Positions 1-9,113 of a stretch of DNA of 64,000 bases are shown here, piece by piece. Source of the DNA: Candidatus Buchananbacteria bacterium (GTDB lineage Bacteria > Patescibacteriota > Patescibacteriia > 2-01-FULL-39-33); the NCBI GenBank assembly GCA_903888345.1, contig CAISTG010000061.1:18512-82511 (forward strand), given 5' to 3'. The stretch's first letter is position 1, and every line of letters begins with the position of its first letter. The position numbers and the translations under genes are program-made. A model generated the notes under the pieces. The model worked only from the letters and a program-made list of their open reading frames with translations, ran no database searches and was not told where the DNA came from.

Positions 1-1
1 A

Positions 2-829
2 TCACATCAGTCTAATAATCCAGCAGGGCGATCACTTAATATTCCTTACCGACTGGATCTCTGTGGCGGCTGGTTAGATCAACCTTTTGTTTCTAGTTTG
101 TGCAGTGGTGCGGTAATTACTTTTCCGGTTTATGGTTTACCCTATGAATTCCGAAATCTGCCTTTAGATTTAAACAAAATTGTCGACTTCAGTAATCGGA
201 GTGGTATGGCCTCTAGTACGCGGGAGGCAGCCATTGAACTGTGGGGCAATTCCATCGGCTTTGGTGAACCGCAAAAATTAGCGCGGCAATTATTTTGCTT
301 TAATAATCCGCCAGGCACCAAGTATATTTCGGGAGCCCAGGACTCAATTGGTATCGTGATGCCAGGTATCACTAAGTCATTTTATAATGGTGACTATTGG
401 CCACTGGCTATCGAAAGTATTAACGAGGAGGTAATTATAGATTTTATTGAGCAGCATCTTTGTTTGGTGCCGTTGCAGCCTCGAGTGTATGGTTACAATC
501 CATTGAATGATAACAATATCGACATCGAAGGCGCTCAGGCGTTAGCTAAAGCCGCACGTGAAACTTGGAGAGCGATTAAAGCCAAGGATTTGGAGGCCCT
601 CGGACAGGCAGTGACTGCCGGCTTTAAAGCTCAAATCTCGATGTTTCCGTATATGGCTGATGAAGCGGTACATGATTTTATTAATGATACACTCAGTCGT
701 AACCGTGATAATATTGTCGGGTACAAGTTGTCTGGCGCCGGTGGTGGCGGTTATCTGATTTGCGTCGTGCGAGAAATTTTACCGAATTCGTTAGTTATTA
801 AAATAGCGCGACAGCTTAAGCGCGATTAG
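2..829 (+). CDS. GHMP-family sugar kinase, 5'-truncated by window edge (listed ORF starts at a TTG at 98, but the frame is open back to position 2)
   Basis: Carries the GHMP phosphate-binding motif 'RSGMASSTREAA' (GLGSSAA-like) and the C-terminal 'KLSGAGGGGYL' glycine-rich motif. Sits at the head of a glycan-synthesis operon. Confidence 0.6.
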   Translation, partial: SHQSNNPAGRSLNIPYRLDLCGGWLDQPFVSSLCSGAVITFPVYGLPYEFRNLPLDLNKIVDFSNRSGMASSTREAAIELWGNSIGFGEPQKLARQLFCFNNPPGTKYISGAQDSIGIVMPGITKSFYNGDYWPLAIESINEEVIIDFIEQHLCLVPLQPRVYGYNPLNDNNIDIEGAQALAKAARETWRAIKAKDLEALGQAVTAGFKAQISMFPYMADEAVHDFINDTLSRNRDNIVGYKLSGAGGGGYLICVVREILPNSLVIKIARQLKRD

Positions 830-837
830 ATTAAATT

Positions 838-2190
838 ATGAAATTTGTGCAGAAACTAAAAAGCCTTGTTATTGATCTGGTTAATGCTGTTTTACCAGAA
901 AAAATTCTTGTTAAAATCAAACAAGAAGGCTTTAAGAAATACTTTAAAAACGCCGGTTGGTTAATGGTGGCACAGGTCTTAAATATTGTTATTAGTTTTT
1001 TTGTTGCCGCGTACGTTACGAGATATTTGGGACCGAGCAGAACCGGTATTATTAGTTTCGGTTTGAGTTACGTCGGAATTTTTTCGTTTATTGCCACTTT
1101 AGGAATTGATAGTATTATATATCGTGATTTAGTCAAACGTCCGGAAGATGAGGATAAAATTTTGGGGACGGCCTTCTTTATCAAGTTAATGGGTGGTTTG
1201 GCGGCCTTTGTTTTGATTACTTCTTCAGTTCTGTTTATTCAGGCAAATGATTTAGTAACAGCGACAGTCACCATTATTATTGCCTTATCCTATATTTTTC
1301 AACCCGTCGGCGTTATTAGTTATTATTTCCAGGCTCGTGTCAAATCAAAAATATCTTCACTGGTCGCCATTGGTGTTTTGTTGACTTTATCGGCTTTAAA
1401 ACTCATATTTATTGGCGGTCACTTCGATATTTATTGGTTCGCTCTGATTTTCTTTTTGGAACAAATTTTTTATGGCAGTGGCTATTTGTATTTCTATCTC
1501 CGTGAAAATAAAAATATCAAAATTTGGCGCTTTGATTATCAGTTGGCGAAATCAATTATTAGTGATTCTTGGCCTTTATTATTCTCACTCATCTTTACTT
1601 CCGTTAATGGTCGAATTGATCAAGTGATTATCGGAAAAATAATGGATAAATCAGTTTTGGGTTTGTATTCGACAATGGTAAAAATTTCGGAAATTTGGCT
1701 CTTTCTTCCTAATATTATCACCGTTTCCTTGTTTCCTGCTATTGTAAATGCCAAAAAAGTCAGTCAACAACTATTTGAGTCGAGAATGGCGCGATTGTAT
1801 AATTTATTGTTTTGGGTGTCCTTAGTGATGGTCGCAGGTATTTATGTTTTTGCTTGGCCAATTGTCTATGTATTATTTGGGACAGAATTTTTGCCAATAG
1901 TGCCTATGATGCGCATCTATATTTTTTCTGGTTTAGCAATCGTGTTTAATGTGGCTTTAAGTCAATGGCTAATTATCGAGAATTATACGAAGATCGCTTT
2001 GGCCTGTTCGATAATCGGCGCGGTTTTAAATATTGGCTTGAATTTATTGCTGATTCCACTTTATGGCGTTTGGGGCGCGATTATTGCCACGCTAATTTCC
2101 TACACAGCAGTCGGTTTTTCGATTATTTTTTTCAAAAAAACCAGACCGCATATTGCTTTAATTATCAGTGGAATATTTTTTAAATTTTAA
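838..2190 (+). CDS. wzx: Polysaccharide/O-unit flippase, MOP superfamily (Wzx-like)
   Basis: 450 aa with roughly 12-14 predicted TM helices. Architecture and position in the glycan cluster are typical of Wzx/RfbX polysaccharide biosynthesis proteins. Confidence 0.65.
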   Translation: MKFVQKLKSLVIDLVNAVLPEKILVKIKQEGFKKYFKNAGWLMVAQVLNIVISFFVAAYVTRYLGPSRTGIISFGLSYVGIFSFIATLGIDSIIYRDLVKRPEDEDKILGTAFFIKLMGGLAAFVLITSSVLFIQANDLVTATVTIIIALSYIFQPVGVISYYFQARVKSKISSLVAIGVLLTLSALKLIFIGGHFDIYWFALIFFLEQIFYGSGYLYFYLRENKNIKIWRFDYQLAKSIISDSWPLLFSLIFTSVNGRIDQVIIGKIMDKSVLGLYSTMVKISEIWLFLPNIITVSLFPAIVNAKKVSQQLFESRMARLYNLLFWVSLVMVAGIYVFAWPIVYVLFGTEFLPIVPMMRIYIFSGLAIVFNVALSQWLIIENYTKIALACSIIGAVLNIGLNLLLIPLYGVWGAIIATLISYTAVGFSIIFFKKTRPHIALIISGIFFKF

Positions 2191-2200
2191 TCCTAAATTT

Positions 2201-2989
2201 ATGAAGACAATCATCCTTTGTGGAGGCGAAGGCACAAGAATGAAGGAGGATACGGAGTTCAAGCCGAAGCCGTTAGTCGAGGTTGGCGGTAAGCCGATCT
2301 TATGGCATATCATGAAAATTTATGCTCACTATGGCTACAATGAGTTTATCTTGGCCTTGGGGTATAAAGGGGATTTGATTAAAGACCATTTTTTGAATTG
2401 GCGGACCTTTGAAAATAATTTCACTTTGAGCACTAAGAGCAATGAGATTACTTTTCACAATAATGATTGCGATGATTTCAAGATAACTTTCGTTGAGACC
2501 GGGCTTAAAAGCTTGACCGGCGAACGCGTCCGCCGGGTGAGAGAGTATCTAGGTGATGATGAAAATTTTATGCTCACTTATGGCGATGGCGTAGCTGATA
2601 TCAATATCAAAGAGTTAGTTGATTTTCACCTCCAGCAGGGAACGCTAGGAACAATTAGCGGCGTGAAACCCGGTACCAGATTCGGTTTGCTTAATATCGA
2701 TGAAGCGACGAGTAAAATGGTTGATTTTTTTCAACATGATGTTAATGAAGCGGGCATCAATAAACACACCCAAGATTATATCAATGGTGGTTTTATGGTT
2801 TTAAAAAGGGCGGTGTTGGATATTATTAAGCCTGATACCATGGTTGAATCAATTTTCGAACCGTTAGCGCAACAAGGGGAGTTGTCGGTTTATGTGCATA
2901 AGGGAAATTGGAAATGTATGGATACCCATAAGGAGATGGAGGAAATGAATAAATTTTGGACGAACGATCCTTTTTGGAAAGTTTGGTAA
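2201..2989 (+). CDS. rfbF: Glucose-1-phosphate cytidylyltransferase (CDP-glucose pyrophosphorylase)
   Basis: N-terminus 'MKTIILCGGEGTRM...KPKPLVEVGGKPILWHIMKIY' is near-collinear with Salmonella RfbF/DdhA from memory. Motifs 'TYGDGVAD' and 'INGGF' are present. Start moved to the ATG at 2201 (the listed ORF starts upstream at 2168). Confidence 0.9.
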   Translation: MKTIILCGGEGTRMKEDTEFKPKPLVEVGGKPILWHIMKIYAHYGYNEFILALGYKGDLIKDHFLNWRTFENNFTLSTKSNEITFHNNDCDDFKITFVETGLKSLTGERVRRVREYLGDDENFMLTYGDGVADINIKELVDFHLQQGTLGTISGVKPGTRFGLLNIDEATSKMVDFFQHDVNEAGINKHTQDYINGGFMVLKRAVLDIIKPDTMVESIFEPLAQQGELSVYVHKGNWKCMDTHKEMEEMNKFWTNDPFWKVW

Positions 2990-2999
2990 ACTACATCAT

Positions 3000-4070
3000 A
3001 TGAAAAATTTTTATCAGGGTAAAAAAGTATTAATTACCGGACATACCGGTTTTAAGGGCGCTTGGTTGTCACAAATTTTATTGAATTTTGGCGCTCAGGT
3101 AATCGGCATTGCACTTGAGCCGCCCAGCCGACCATCATTATTCGGGGCTTTAGAATTATATCGAAGAATGACTAGTTATTTGGCTGATGTTCGCGACTAT
3201 GAAAAAATTAAAGCGATTATTGCTTTGGAACGACCGGATATCATTTTGCATTTGGCGGCACAGCCAATCGTGCGCTTAAGTTATGACGACCCACTGACGA
3301 CTTATACGACGAATATTTTGGGAACGACTAATGTTTTGCAGGCAGTCAAAGAAGTCGGTGGCATCAAGTCGGTTGTTATGATTACGACTGATAAGGTTTA
3401 TGAAAATAAAGAATGGATTTATCCGTATCGGGAGTTTGAACCATTAGGCGGTTATGATCCGTATAGCGCGTCTAAGGCGGCGGCGGATATCATTGCTAAT
3501 TCCTATATTCAATCATTTTTTAATGTTAATAAGTATGGCAGCGATCATCAGACTTTGGTGGGAATTGCCCGCGCTGGCAATGTGATTGGCGGCGGTGATT
3601 GGGCTCAAGATCGGTTAATCCCCGACATCGTGCGAGCAATCTTCGAAAAAAATACACCTGTTATCATCCGTAGCCCGAAAGCGATTCGTCCGTGGCAGCA
3701 TGTTCTCGAACCATTAAGTGGTTATTTGCAATTGGCAATGGGCCTCTATGAAGGTAAAACAGAATTGGTTGGGGCTTGGAATTTTGGCCCAGAGGAAGAA
3801 TCGTTTGTTAATGTGGAAGAGGTTTTAAAATTAGGGATTGCCGCCTGCGGCCAGGGGAGCTATGAAGTACAACCGGACTTAGCTAAACACGAGGCGCAAT
3901 TATTAAAATTAGATATTACTAAGGCGAAAGAGAAATTGGGCTGGAAACCGAGAATCGGCTTAGCTAAGAATATCGAGATGACTTTTTCGTGGTATGGAAA
4001 TTATTATTCTCAACCGGAGGAAGTAGTCGCTTTTACTGACAGACAAATTAATTATTTTTTTAATCTCTAA
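3000..4070 (+). CDS. rfbG: CDP-glucose 4,6-dehydratase
   Basis: 'GKKVLITGHTGFKGAWLS', 'YSASKAAAD' (YxxxK), 'RAGNVIGGGDWAQDRLIPDI' and 'IRPWQHVLEPLSGY' match RfbG/DdhB along the whole length. Confidence 0.9.
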   Translation: MKNFYQGKKVLITGHTGFKGAWLSQILLNFGAQVIGIALEPPSRPSLFGALELYRRMTSYLADVRDYEKIKAIIALERPDIILHLAAQPIVRLSYDDPLTTYTTNILGTTNVLQAVKEVGGIKSVVMITTDKVYENKEWIYPYREFEPLGGYDPYSASKAAADIIANSYIQSFFNVNKYGSDHQTLVGIARAGNVIGGGDWAQDRLIPDIVRAIFEKNTPVIIRSPKAIRPWQHVLEPLSGYLQLAMGLYEGKTELVGAWNFGPEEESFVNVEEVLKLGIAACGQGSYEVQPDLAKHEAQLLKLDITKAKEKLGWKPRIGLAKNIEMTFSWYGNYYSQPEEVVAFTDRQINYFFNL

Positions 4071-4882
4071 TGGAACAGCAAGATTACCAAAAAATAGCGA
4101 GTGCTATCAGATTATCGATTTTAGAAATGATTTATAATTCTAAGAGTTCCCATATTGGCTCGGCTTTTAGTATTGTTGATCTTTTGGTCTGTTTATATTT
4201 TAATGTCATGAGTGTAAATTTGGATGACCGATGTGCCATTGAACGTGACTTGTTTATTTTGAGTAAGGGGCATGCCGCCACGGCTTTATATGCGACGCTT
4301 TGCCAGCGTGGGTATTTTGCTTCGAAAGAATTAGAAAAATATGGCGAATCAGGAACCAAATTATCGGGACATGTCATTAAAGATTGTTTGCCGGGAATTG
4401 AAGTGTCGGCGGGATCACTCGGCCATGGGTTGCCAATTGCCGCCGGAATGGCGCTGGCAGCTAAGTTAGATAATCGCCGCAATCAGGTGTTCTGCCTGAT
4501 GGGTGATGGCGAATGCAATGAGGGATCAGTTTGGGAGGCGGCTATTTTTGCTGGTCATCATCAATTGGGCAATTTATTTGCTATTATTGATTTTAATAAT
4601 CAGCAGGGCATGGGACGTTCTGACGAAATTCTAAACCTGTCGGAGATGGGACAGGCTTGGGAAGGTTTTGGCTGGGAGGTGCAAACAGTAGACGGACATA
4701 ATCATCTGGAGATAATTAAAGCATTTGCTAATTTTTCAACCGTAAAGCCAAAAGTGCTAATTGCTAAAACAGTTAAAGGTAAGGGCGTTGCTTGGATGGA
4801 GGACAAGATTGAATGGCATTATAAGAGCCCGACTGAGGACCAGTATCAGGAGGCAAAAAATATATTAACTGCCAACCTATGA
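4070..4882 (+). CDS. Transketolase, N-terminal (thiamine-diphosphate-binding) subunit of a split transketolase
   Basis: 270 aa. Contains 'GHAATALYA', 'GSLGHGLP' and 'GDGECNEGSVWEA', typical of the TPP-binding half of split transketolases. Overlaps the next gene by 4 bp. Confidence 0.8.
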   Translation: MEQQDYQKIASAIRLSILEMIYNSKSSHIGSAFSIVDLLVCLYFNVMSVNLDDRCAIERDLFILSKGHAATALYATLCQRGYFASKELEKYGESGTKLSGHVIKDCLPGIEVSAGSLGHGLPIAAGMALAAKLDNRRNQVFCLMGDGECNEGSVWEAAIFAGHHQLGNLFAIIDFNNQQGMGRSDEILNLSEMGQAWEGFGWEVQTVDGHNHLEIIKAFANFSTVKPKVLIAKTVKGKGVAWMEDKIEWHYKSPTEDQYQEAKNILTANL

Positions 4883-5796
4883 GAAATACGACGATCAATG
4901 AAATATTGCAGTTAGCTAAAAGTGATCCCAACATCATCTTAATGACGGCGGACCTGGGTTATTCTGTTATGGAAAAATTTATTGAAGAACTGCCACGTCA
5001 GTTTATTAATGTTGGCATCGCCGAACAGAATATGATTGGTCTCGCAGCTGGTTTGGCGCTAATGGGGAAAAAAGTAATCGTTTATACGATCGTGCCTTTT
5101 GCTACCATGCGTTGTTTCGAGCAAATTCGGGTTGATCTTTGCTATCAAAATTTAGACGTTAAGATTATTGGTGTTGGTGGCGGTTATGCTTATGGAACTT
5201 TGGGCACGACACATTACGCGATTGAGGATTTGGCGATTATGCGCTCACTGCCCAACATGAAAGTATTTGCACCGGCTGATGCGATTGAAGCCAAAGAAAT
5301 AGTGCCATTATTGTTGAGTTTGCCTGGTCCTGGATATTTGCGCTTGAATCGAGGCGGTGAGATTAATATTCATCCTACGACTCAACTAAAATTGCAATTG
5401 GGGCAAGGGATAGATATGACGCCGTCAGCTGAAATATTATTAATCGCGACTGGCAATATTTTACAAAACGCCGTCGCCGCCATTAAACAGCTCGAATCAG
5501 AAAATATTAAGATCCAATTAGTGAGTCAACCATTTCTGAAGCCGATTGATCGCGACTGGTTGGTGGCAAAATTATCCGGCAAGAAATATATTTTTACCGT
5601 TGAAGAGCATAGCGTGATCGGAGGATTGGGGTCACTGATTGCTGAGCTTATTGCCGAGGCGGGCCTGCATGTCCGCTTAAAGCGTTTGGGTGTTAATGAT
5701 GAGTACTTTTCGACTATTGGAAAGCAGGATTATATGCGCGATTTGGCGGGCATCTCCACCGAAAAAATAGTCGAACAAATTAAACAATATGTCTAA
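4879..5796 (+). CDS. Transketolase, C-terminal (pyrimidine-binding/C-terminal domain) subunit
   Basis: 305 aa. 'GIAEQNMIGLAAGLA' and 'TTHYAIEDLAIMRSLPNMKVFAPAD' match the transketolase central/C-terminal domains. Translationally coupled to the N-terminal subunit. Confidence 0.8.
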   Translation: MRNTTINEILQLAKSDPNIILMTADLGYSVMEKFIEELPRQFINVGIAEQNMIGLAAGLALMGKKVIVYTIVPFATMRCFEQIRVDLCYQNLDVKIIGVGGGYAYGTLGTTHYAIEDLAIMRSLPNMKVFAPADAIEAKEIVPLLLSLPGPGYLRLNRGGEINIHPTTQLKLQLGQGIDMTPSAEILLIATGNILQNAVAAIKQLESENIKIQLVSQPFLKPIDRDWLVAKLSGKKYIFTVEEHSVIGGLGSLIAELIAEAGLHVRLKRLGVNDEYFSTIGKQDYMRDLAGISTEKIVEQIKQYV

Positions 5797-6673
5797 AACA
5801 AGAGTTTTATTAACTGGAGCCAGTGGATTTATTGGTCGCAATATTCGAGAACAGCTGGACGATAAATACGAGCTACTGTGTCCCAGCAGTCATGATTTGA
5901 ATTTGTTGGATAGCGCAGTCGTGTCAGAATATTTAGCGTCAAAGCAACCGGATCTGGTTGTGCATGTGGCAGGTAAGGGCGTTAGCCGCGGGCAACCTTT
6001 GACGGCGGATATTGCCGAAAATAATCTGCGGATGTTTTTTAATTTAGTCCGAAACAAAAAACATTTTCAACGTTTGATTGTCATTGGTTCGGGAGCGGAG
6101 TATGATAAAAGCCGATCAATTAGCCAGGTAACGGAAGCGGATTTCGATCGATCGGTGCCTCAAGATCAATATGGATTCTCCAAATACGTGATGTCTAAAT
6201 ACGCCGAGCAAGTCGACTACATCACCCACCTGAGATTATTCGGCGTTTATGGCAAGTACGAGGATTATACCATTCGCTTTATTTCCAATATGATCGCTCG
6301 CGCCCTAAATGATTTACCTCTGGTGATAAATCAAAACGCCAATTTCGATTATATCTTTATTGATGATTTAGTCCGGATTATTGATTTAATGATTATGGCT
6401 AAGCCAGTGCAGACCTTTTACAATTTAGGCGGTGACCAAGCAGTTGAGTTATTGCAAGTGGCCCAATTAGTTAATGAACAATTAAATAAACGCTTGCCAA
6501 TAGAAATCAAGATTAGTGGTCTTAATAAAGAGTATACTTGCTCTTCCGATCGCTTTAAGCAGGAGTATCCCAATTTTAAATTTACTGATCTCAAAGTGGC
6601 GATTCAAAAGCTTACTTATTACTATCAGAATAATAACGAGACCATTGATCCTGACAAATTAAGAACGAATTAA
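5789..6673 (+). CDS. NAD(P)-dependent sugar epimerase/reductase (SDR; GDP-fucose-synthase-like fold)
   Basis: N-terminal Rossmann motif 'VLLTGASGFIGRNI' and 'YGFSKYVMSKY' (YxxxK). Lies inside the nucleotide-sugar cluster. Confidence 0.6.
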   Translation: MSKTRVLLTGASGFIGRNIREQLDDKYELLCPSSHDLNLLDSAVVSEYLASKQPDLVVHVAGKGVSRGQPLTADIAENNLRMFFNLVRNKKHFQRLIVIGSGAEYDKSRSISQVTEADFDRSVPQDQYGFSKYVMSKYAEQVDYITHLRLFGVYGKYEDYTIRFISNMIARALNDLPLVINQNANFDYIFIDDLVRIIDLMIMAKPVQTFYNLGGDQAVELLQVAQLVNEQLNKRLPIEIKISGLNKEYTCSSDRFKQEYPNFKFTDLKVAIQKLTYYYQNNNETIDPDKLRTN

Positions 6674-6676
6674 ACT

Positions 6677-7768
6677 TTGTTAGTTATGGAAAATATTATG
6701 AACAATTCCGATCAAATCATTCAAGAGGATTTAAGCTTCATCGCGCAGGCTGCTTTGCCGTGGGCCGAATTGGCGGGAAAAAATGTCTTGATTACGGGAG
6801 CGAGTGGCGCTTTGCCGGCCTATATGGTTGAAACGATCCTATACCTTAATGAAAAGGTTTTTGAAGCCAAGGCAACAATTTTTGCTTTAGTCCGCAATGA
6901 GGCTAAAGCGAAGGCAAGATTTAAACGCTATGAAAATAATCCGTACTTGAAGTTTATTATTCAGGATGTTTGCGATAAAATCGTGGTGGATGACGACCTC
7001 GATTATATTATTCATGCAGCCAGCCAGGCCAGCCCTAAGTATTATGGGCAGGATCCGGTCGGTACGCTATTGCCCAATGTTTTGGGGACTTATCACTTAT
7101 TAGAATTGGCGCGACAAAAGCGGCTGAAGGCATTTTTATTTTTTAGTTCCAGTACGGTCTACGGTAAAATGATCGCTAATGATGGCTCAGCTGCCGAAGC
7201 CGATTTTGGCGTGCTGAATCCGCTGACTATCGCTGCTTGCTATCCAGAAAGCAAAAGAATGGGGGAGACGATGTGCGCTGCCTGGTTAAGTCAATATCAA
7301 ATACCAATCAAGATTATTAGGCCGTTTCATACTTATGGTCCCGGGATTTCTTTAGATGATGGCCGTGTCTTTGCTGATTTTTGCAAGAATATTATTAATG
7401 ACGAGGCTATCAGCCTCAATAGTGACGGCAGTGCTAAGCGAGCTTTTTGCTATTTAGCTGATGCGACGATCGGATTTTTTACGGTGTTACTTAAGGGTGA
7501 GGTGGGAGAGGCCTATAATGTCGCTGGTGCCGAAGAAATCAGTATTTTGGAATTGGCGCGCTTGTTGGTTGGGTTATTTCCGGAAAAAAATATTGATATT
7601 TCTTACCAAGAAAATACAAATAAGGGTTATTTGAAAACAGCGGTCACTAGTTATGTCCCTAATTCTAATAAACTCAAGGCTCTTGGTTGGCAACAGAAGT
7701 ATCCAATTAAGGAGGGTTTTCGCAGAATGATTACGAACTATCTTAATGAATTAGGTTCTGAGGCGTAA
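6677..7768 (+). CDS. NAD-dependent epimerase/dehydratase family protein
   Basis: 'VLITGASGALPAY' Rossmann motif, 'YPESKRMGE' (YxxxK), 363 aa. Confidence 0.6.
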   Translation: MLVMENIMNNSDQIIQEDLSFIAQAALPWAELAGKNVLITGASGALPAYMVETILYLNEKVFEAKATIFALVRNEAKAKARFKRYENNPYLKFIIQDVCDKIVVDDDLDYIIHAASQASPKYYGQDPVGTLLPNVLGTYHLLELARQKRLKAFLFFSSSTVYGKMIANDGSAAEADFGVLNPLTIAACYPESKRMGETMCAAWLSQYQIPIKIIRPFHTYGPGISLDDGRVFADFCKNIINDEAISLNSDGSAKRAFCYLADATIGFFTVLLKGEVGEAYNVAGAEEISILELARLLVGLFPEKNIDISYQENTNKGYLKTAVTSYVPNSNKLKALGWQQKYPIKEGFRRMITNYLNELGSEA

Positions 7769-7799
7769 CTTAGGCCTCGACAATTTAAATATAATTTTT

Positions 7800-9104
7800 A
7801 TGAATGAAAATCTTAAAGCAGAGTTAATTAAAGAGTATAACTCACGTTTCCCCCAAAAGGAATTTACAGCGGAAATTAGTGCGGTGCCGGTATCGGGCAA
7901 GGTTTTTGATGAGCAGGAAATTTTGCTGATGACCGAGGCTGTTTTGGACGGCTGGTGGACTGAAGGTCGGTTTACGGCTGAGTTCGAACAGAAATTGGCC
8001 GAGTTTGTCGGCGTACAATATTGCGCCGCGGTTAATTCTGGATCATCGGCTAATCTTTTAGCGATTGCTTGTTTGACTTCACAGAAACTGCCGCAGGAAA
8101 AGAGACTGCAACCGGGAGATGAGGTTATTACGGTGGCGGCTGGCTTTCCCACGACCATTAATCCTTTATTGCAATTTAATTTAACACCAGTATTTATTGA
8201 TGTCGAATTGGGAACTTACGTTCCTTCCCTTGAATCAATTAAAGCTGCTCTATCTGATAAAACAAAAGCGGTCATGATTGCTCATACCTTGGGCAATCCT
8301 TTCGAACTGGAGGAAATTGTTGAATTTTGCCAGCAGCATAATTTATGGTTAATCGAAGATAATTGCGATGCTTTGGGCTCAAGGCTCAATGGAAAAAAAA
8401 CTGGATCTTTCGGCGATATTTCGACGCTCAGTTTTTATCCGGCCCATCATATCACTACCGGTGAAGGTGGCGCGGTTTTGACTAATAATGCTTTGCTTAA
8501 TCGGATCATTAGATCAATCCGCGACTGGGGTCGGGATTGTTGGTGCCCCACCGGTAAGGATGATTCTTGTCAGCGACGCTTTGAGTGGCAATTAGGCGCC
8601 TTACCATTAGGTTATGATCATAAGTATACTTACAGTGAAATTGGTTACAATCTTAAAATGATGGATGTTCAGGCGGCTCTCGGCTTAGCCCAGTTCCAAA
8701 AATTGCCAATGTTTATCGAGAAACGCAAAACTAATTTTAAATTGCTGTATTCTGCTTTTAAAAAATTTGATGATGTATTTATCTTGCCGCAATGGAGCGT
8801 TGGCGCCGACCCGAGTTGGTTTGGATTTTTGTTGACGGTTAAAGATGGGGCAAAATTCAAGCGTGATGATTTATTAAAATTCTTGAATAGTAAAAAAATT
8901 GGCACGCGCTTATTATTTGCCGGCAATGTCACCAAGCAACCGTATTTTACGGAGAGAAGCGTTGCTTTTCGAGTTGCTGGCACTTTAGACAATACCGATA
9001 AGATTATGAATGATACTTTTTGGATTGGTGTGGGGCCCTTAGTAACCGAGAGTATGATTGGATATATAATAAAGGCAATTGAAGGCTTCCTGGCAAGAAA
9101 TTAA
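7800..9104 (+). CDS. rfbH: CDP-6-deoxy-D-xylo-4-hexulose 3-dehydrase (E1; PMP-dependent DegT/DnrJ/EryC1 family)
   Basis: 'PGDEVITVAAGFPTTINP', 'DWGRDCWCPTGKDDSCQRRFEWQLGALPLGYDHKYTYSEIGYNLKMMDVQAALGLAQ' and 'IGTRLLFAGN...QPYF' are collinear with Salmonella RfbH/DdhC as recalled. 434 aa. Confidence 0.9.
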   Translation: MNENLKAELIKEYNSRFPQKEFTAEISAVPVSGKVFDEQEILLMTEAVLDGWWTEGRFTAEFEQKLAEFVGVQYCAAVNSGSSANLLAIACLTSQKLPQEKRLQPGDEVITVAAGFPTTINPLLQFNLTPVFIDVELGTYVPSLESIKAALSDKTKAVMIAHTLGNPFELEEIVEFCQQHNLWLIEDNCDALGSRLNGKKTGSFGDISTLSFYPAHHITTGEGGAVLTNNALLNRIIRSIRDWGRDCWCPTGKDDSCQRRFEWQLGALPLGYDHKYTYSEIGYNLKMMDVQAALGLAQFQKLPMFIEKRKTNFKLLYSAFKKFDDVFILPQWSVGADPSWFGFLLTVKDGAKFKRDDLLKFLNSKKIGTRLLFAGNVTKQPYFTERSVAFRVAGTLDNTDKIMNDTFWIGVGPLVTESMIGYIIKAIEGFLARN

Positions 9105-9113
9105 TTCTTTTAA

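Noticed and set aside
142-372. Short minus-strand ORFs embedded in plus-strand genes of the glycan locus (142-372, 4132-4482, 7751-8158, 8669-8992, 10259-10441, 13560-13808, 14707-14898, 15277-15483, 15992-16243, 18257-18448, 19762-19959)
   Set aside because: Each lies entirely inside a well-supported coding region on the opposite strand. Their products are low-complexity or basic with no motifs, so they are most likely antisense-frame artefacts.
1965-2183. Alternative-frame plus-strand ORFs inside larger genes (1965-2183, 18172-18420, 18686-18943, 20969-21265, 21775-21969, 24705-24911, 27274-27721, 33242-33439, 37571-37777, 41307-41501, 42159-42344, 60667-61266, 63334-63540)
   Set aside because: They overlap confidently assigned CDSs in another frame and encode proteins with no recognisable features.
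4070-5796. Split transketolase as the organism's housekeeping pentose-phosphate enzyme
   Set aside because: Not fully rejected. Its position inside a nucleotide-sugar operon with translational coupling to rfbG argues for a pathway-specific role. Without the rest of the genome the housekeeping explanation cannot be excluded.
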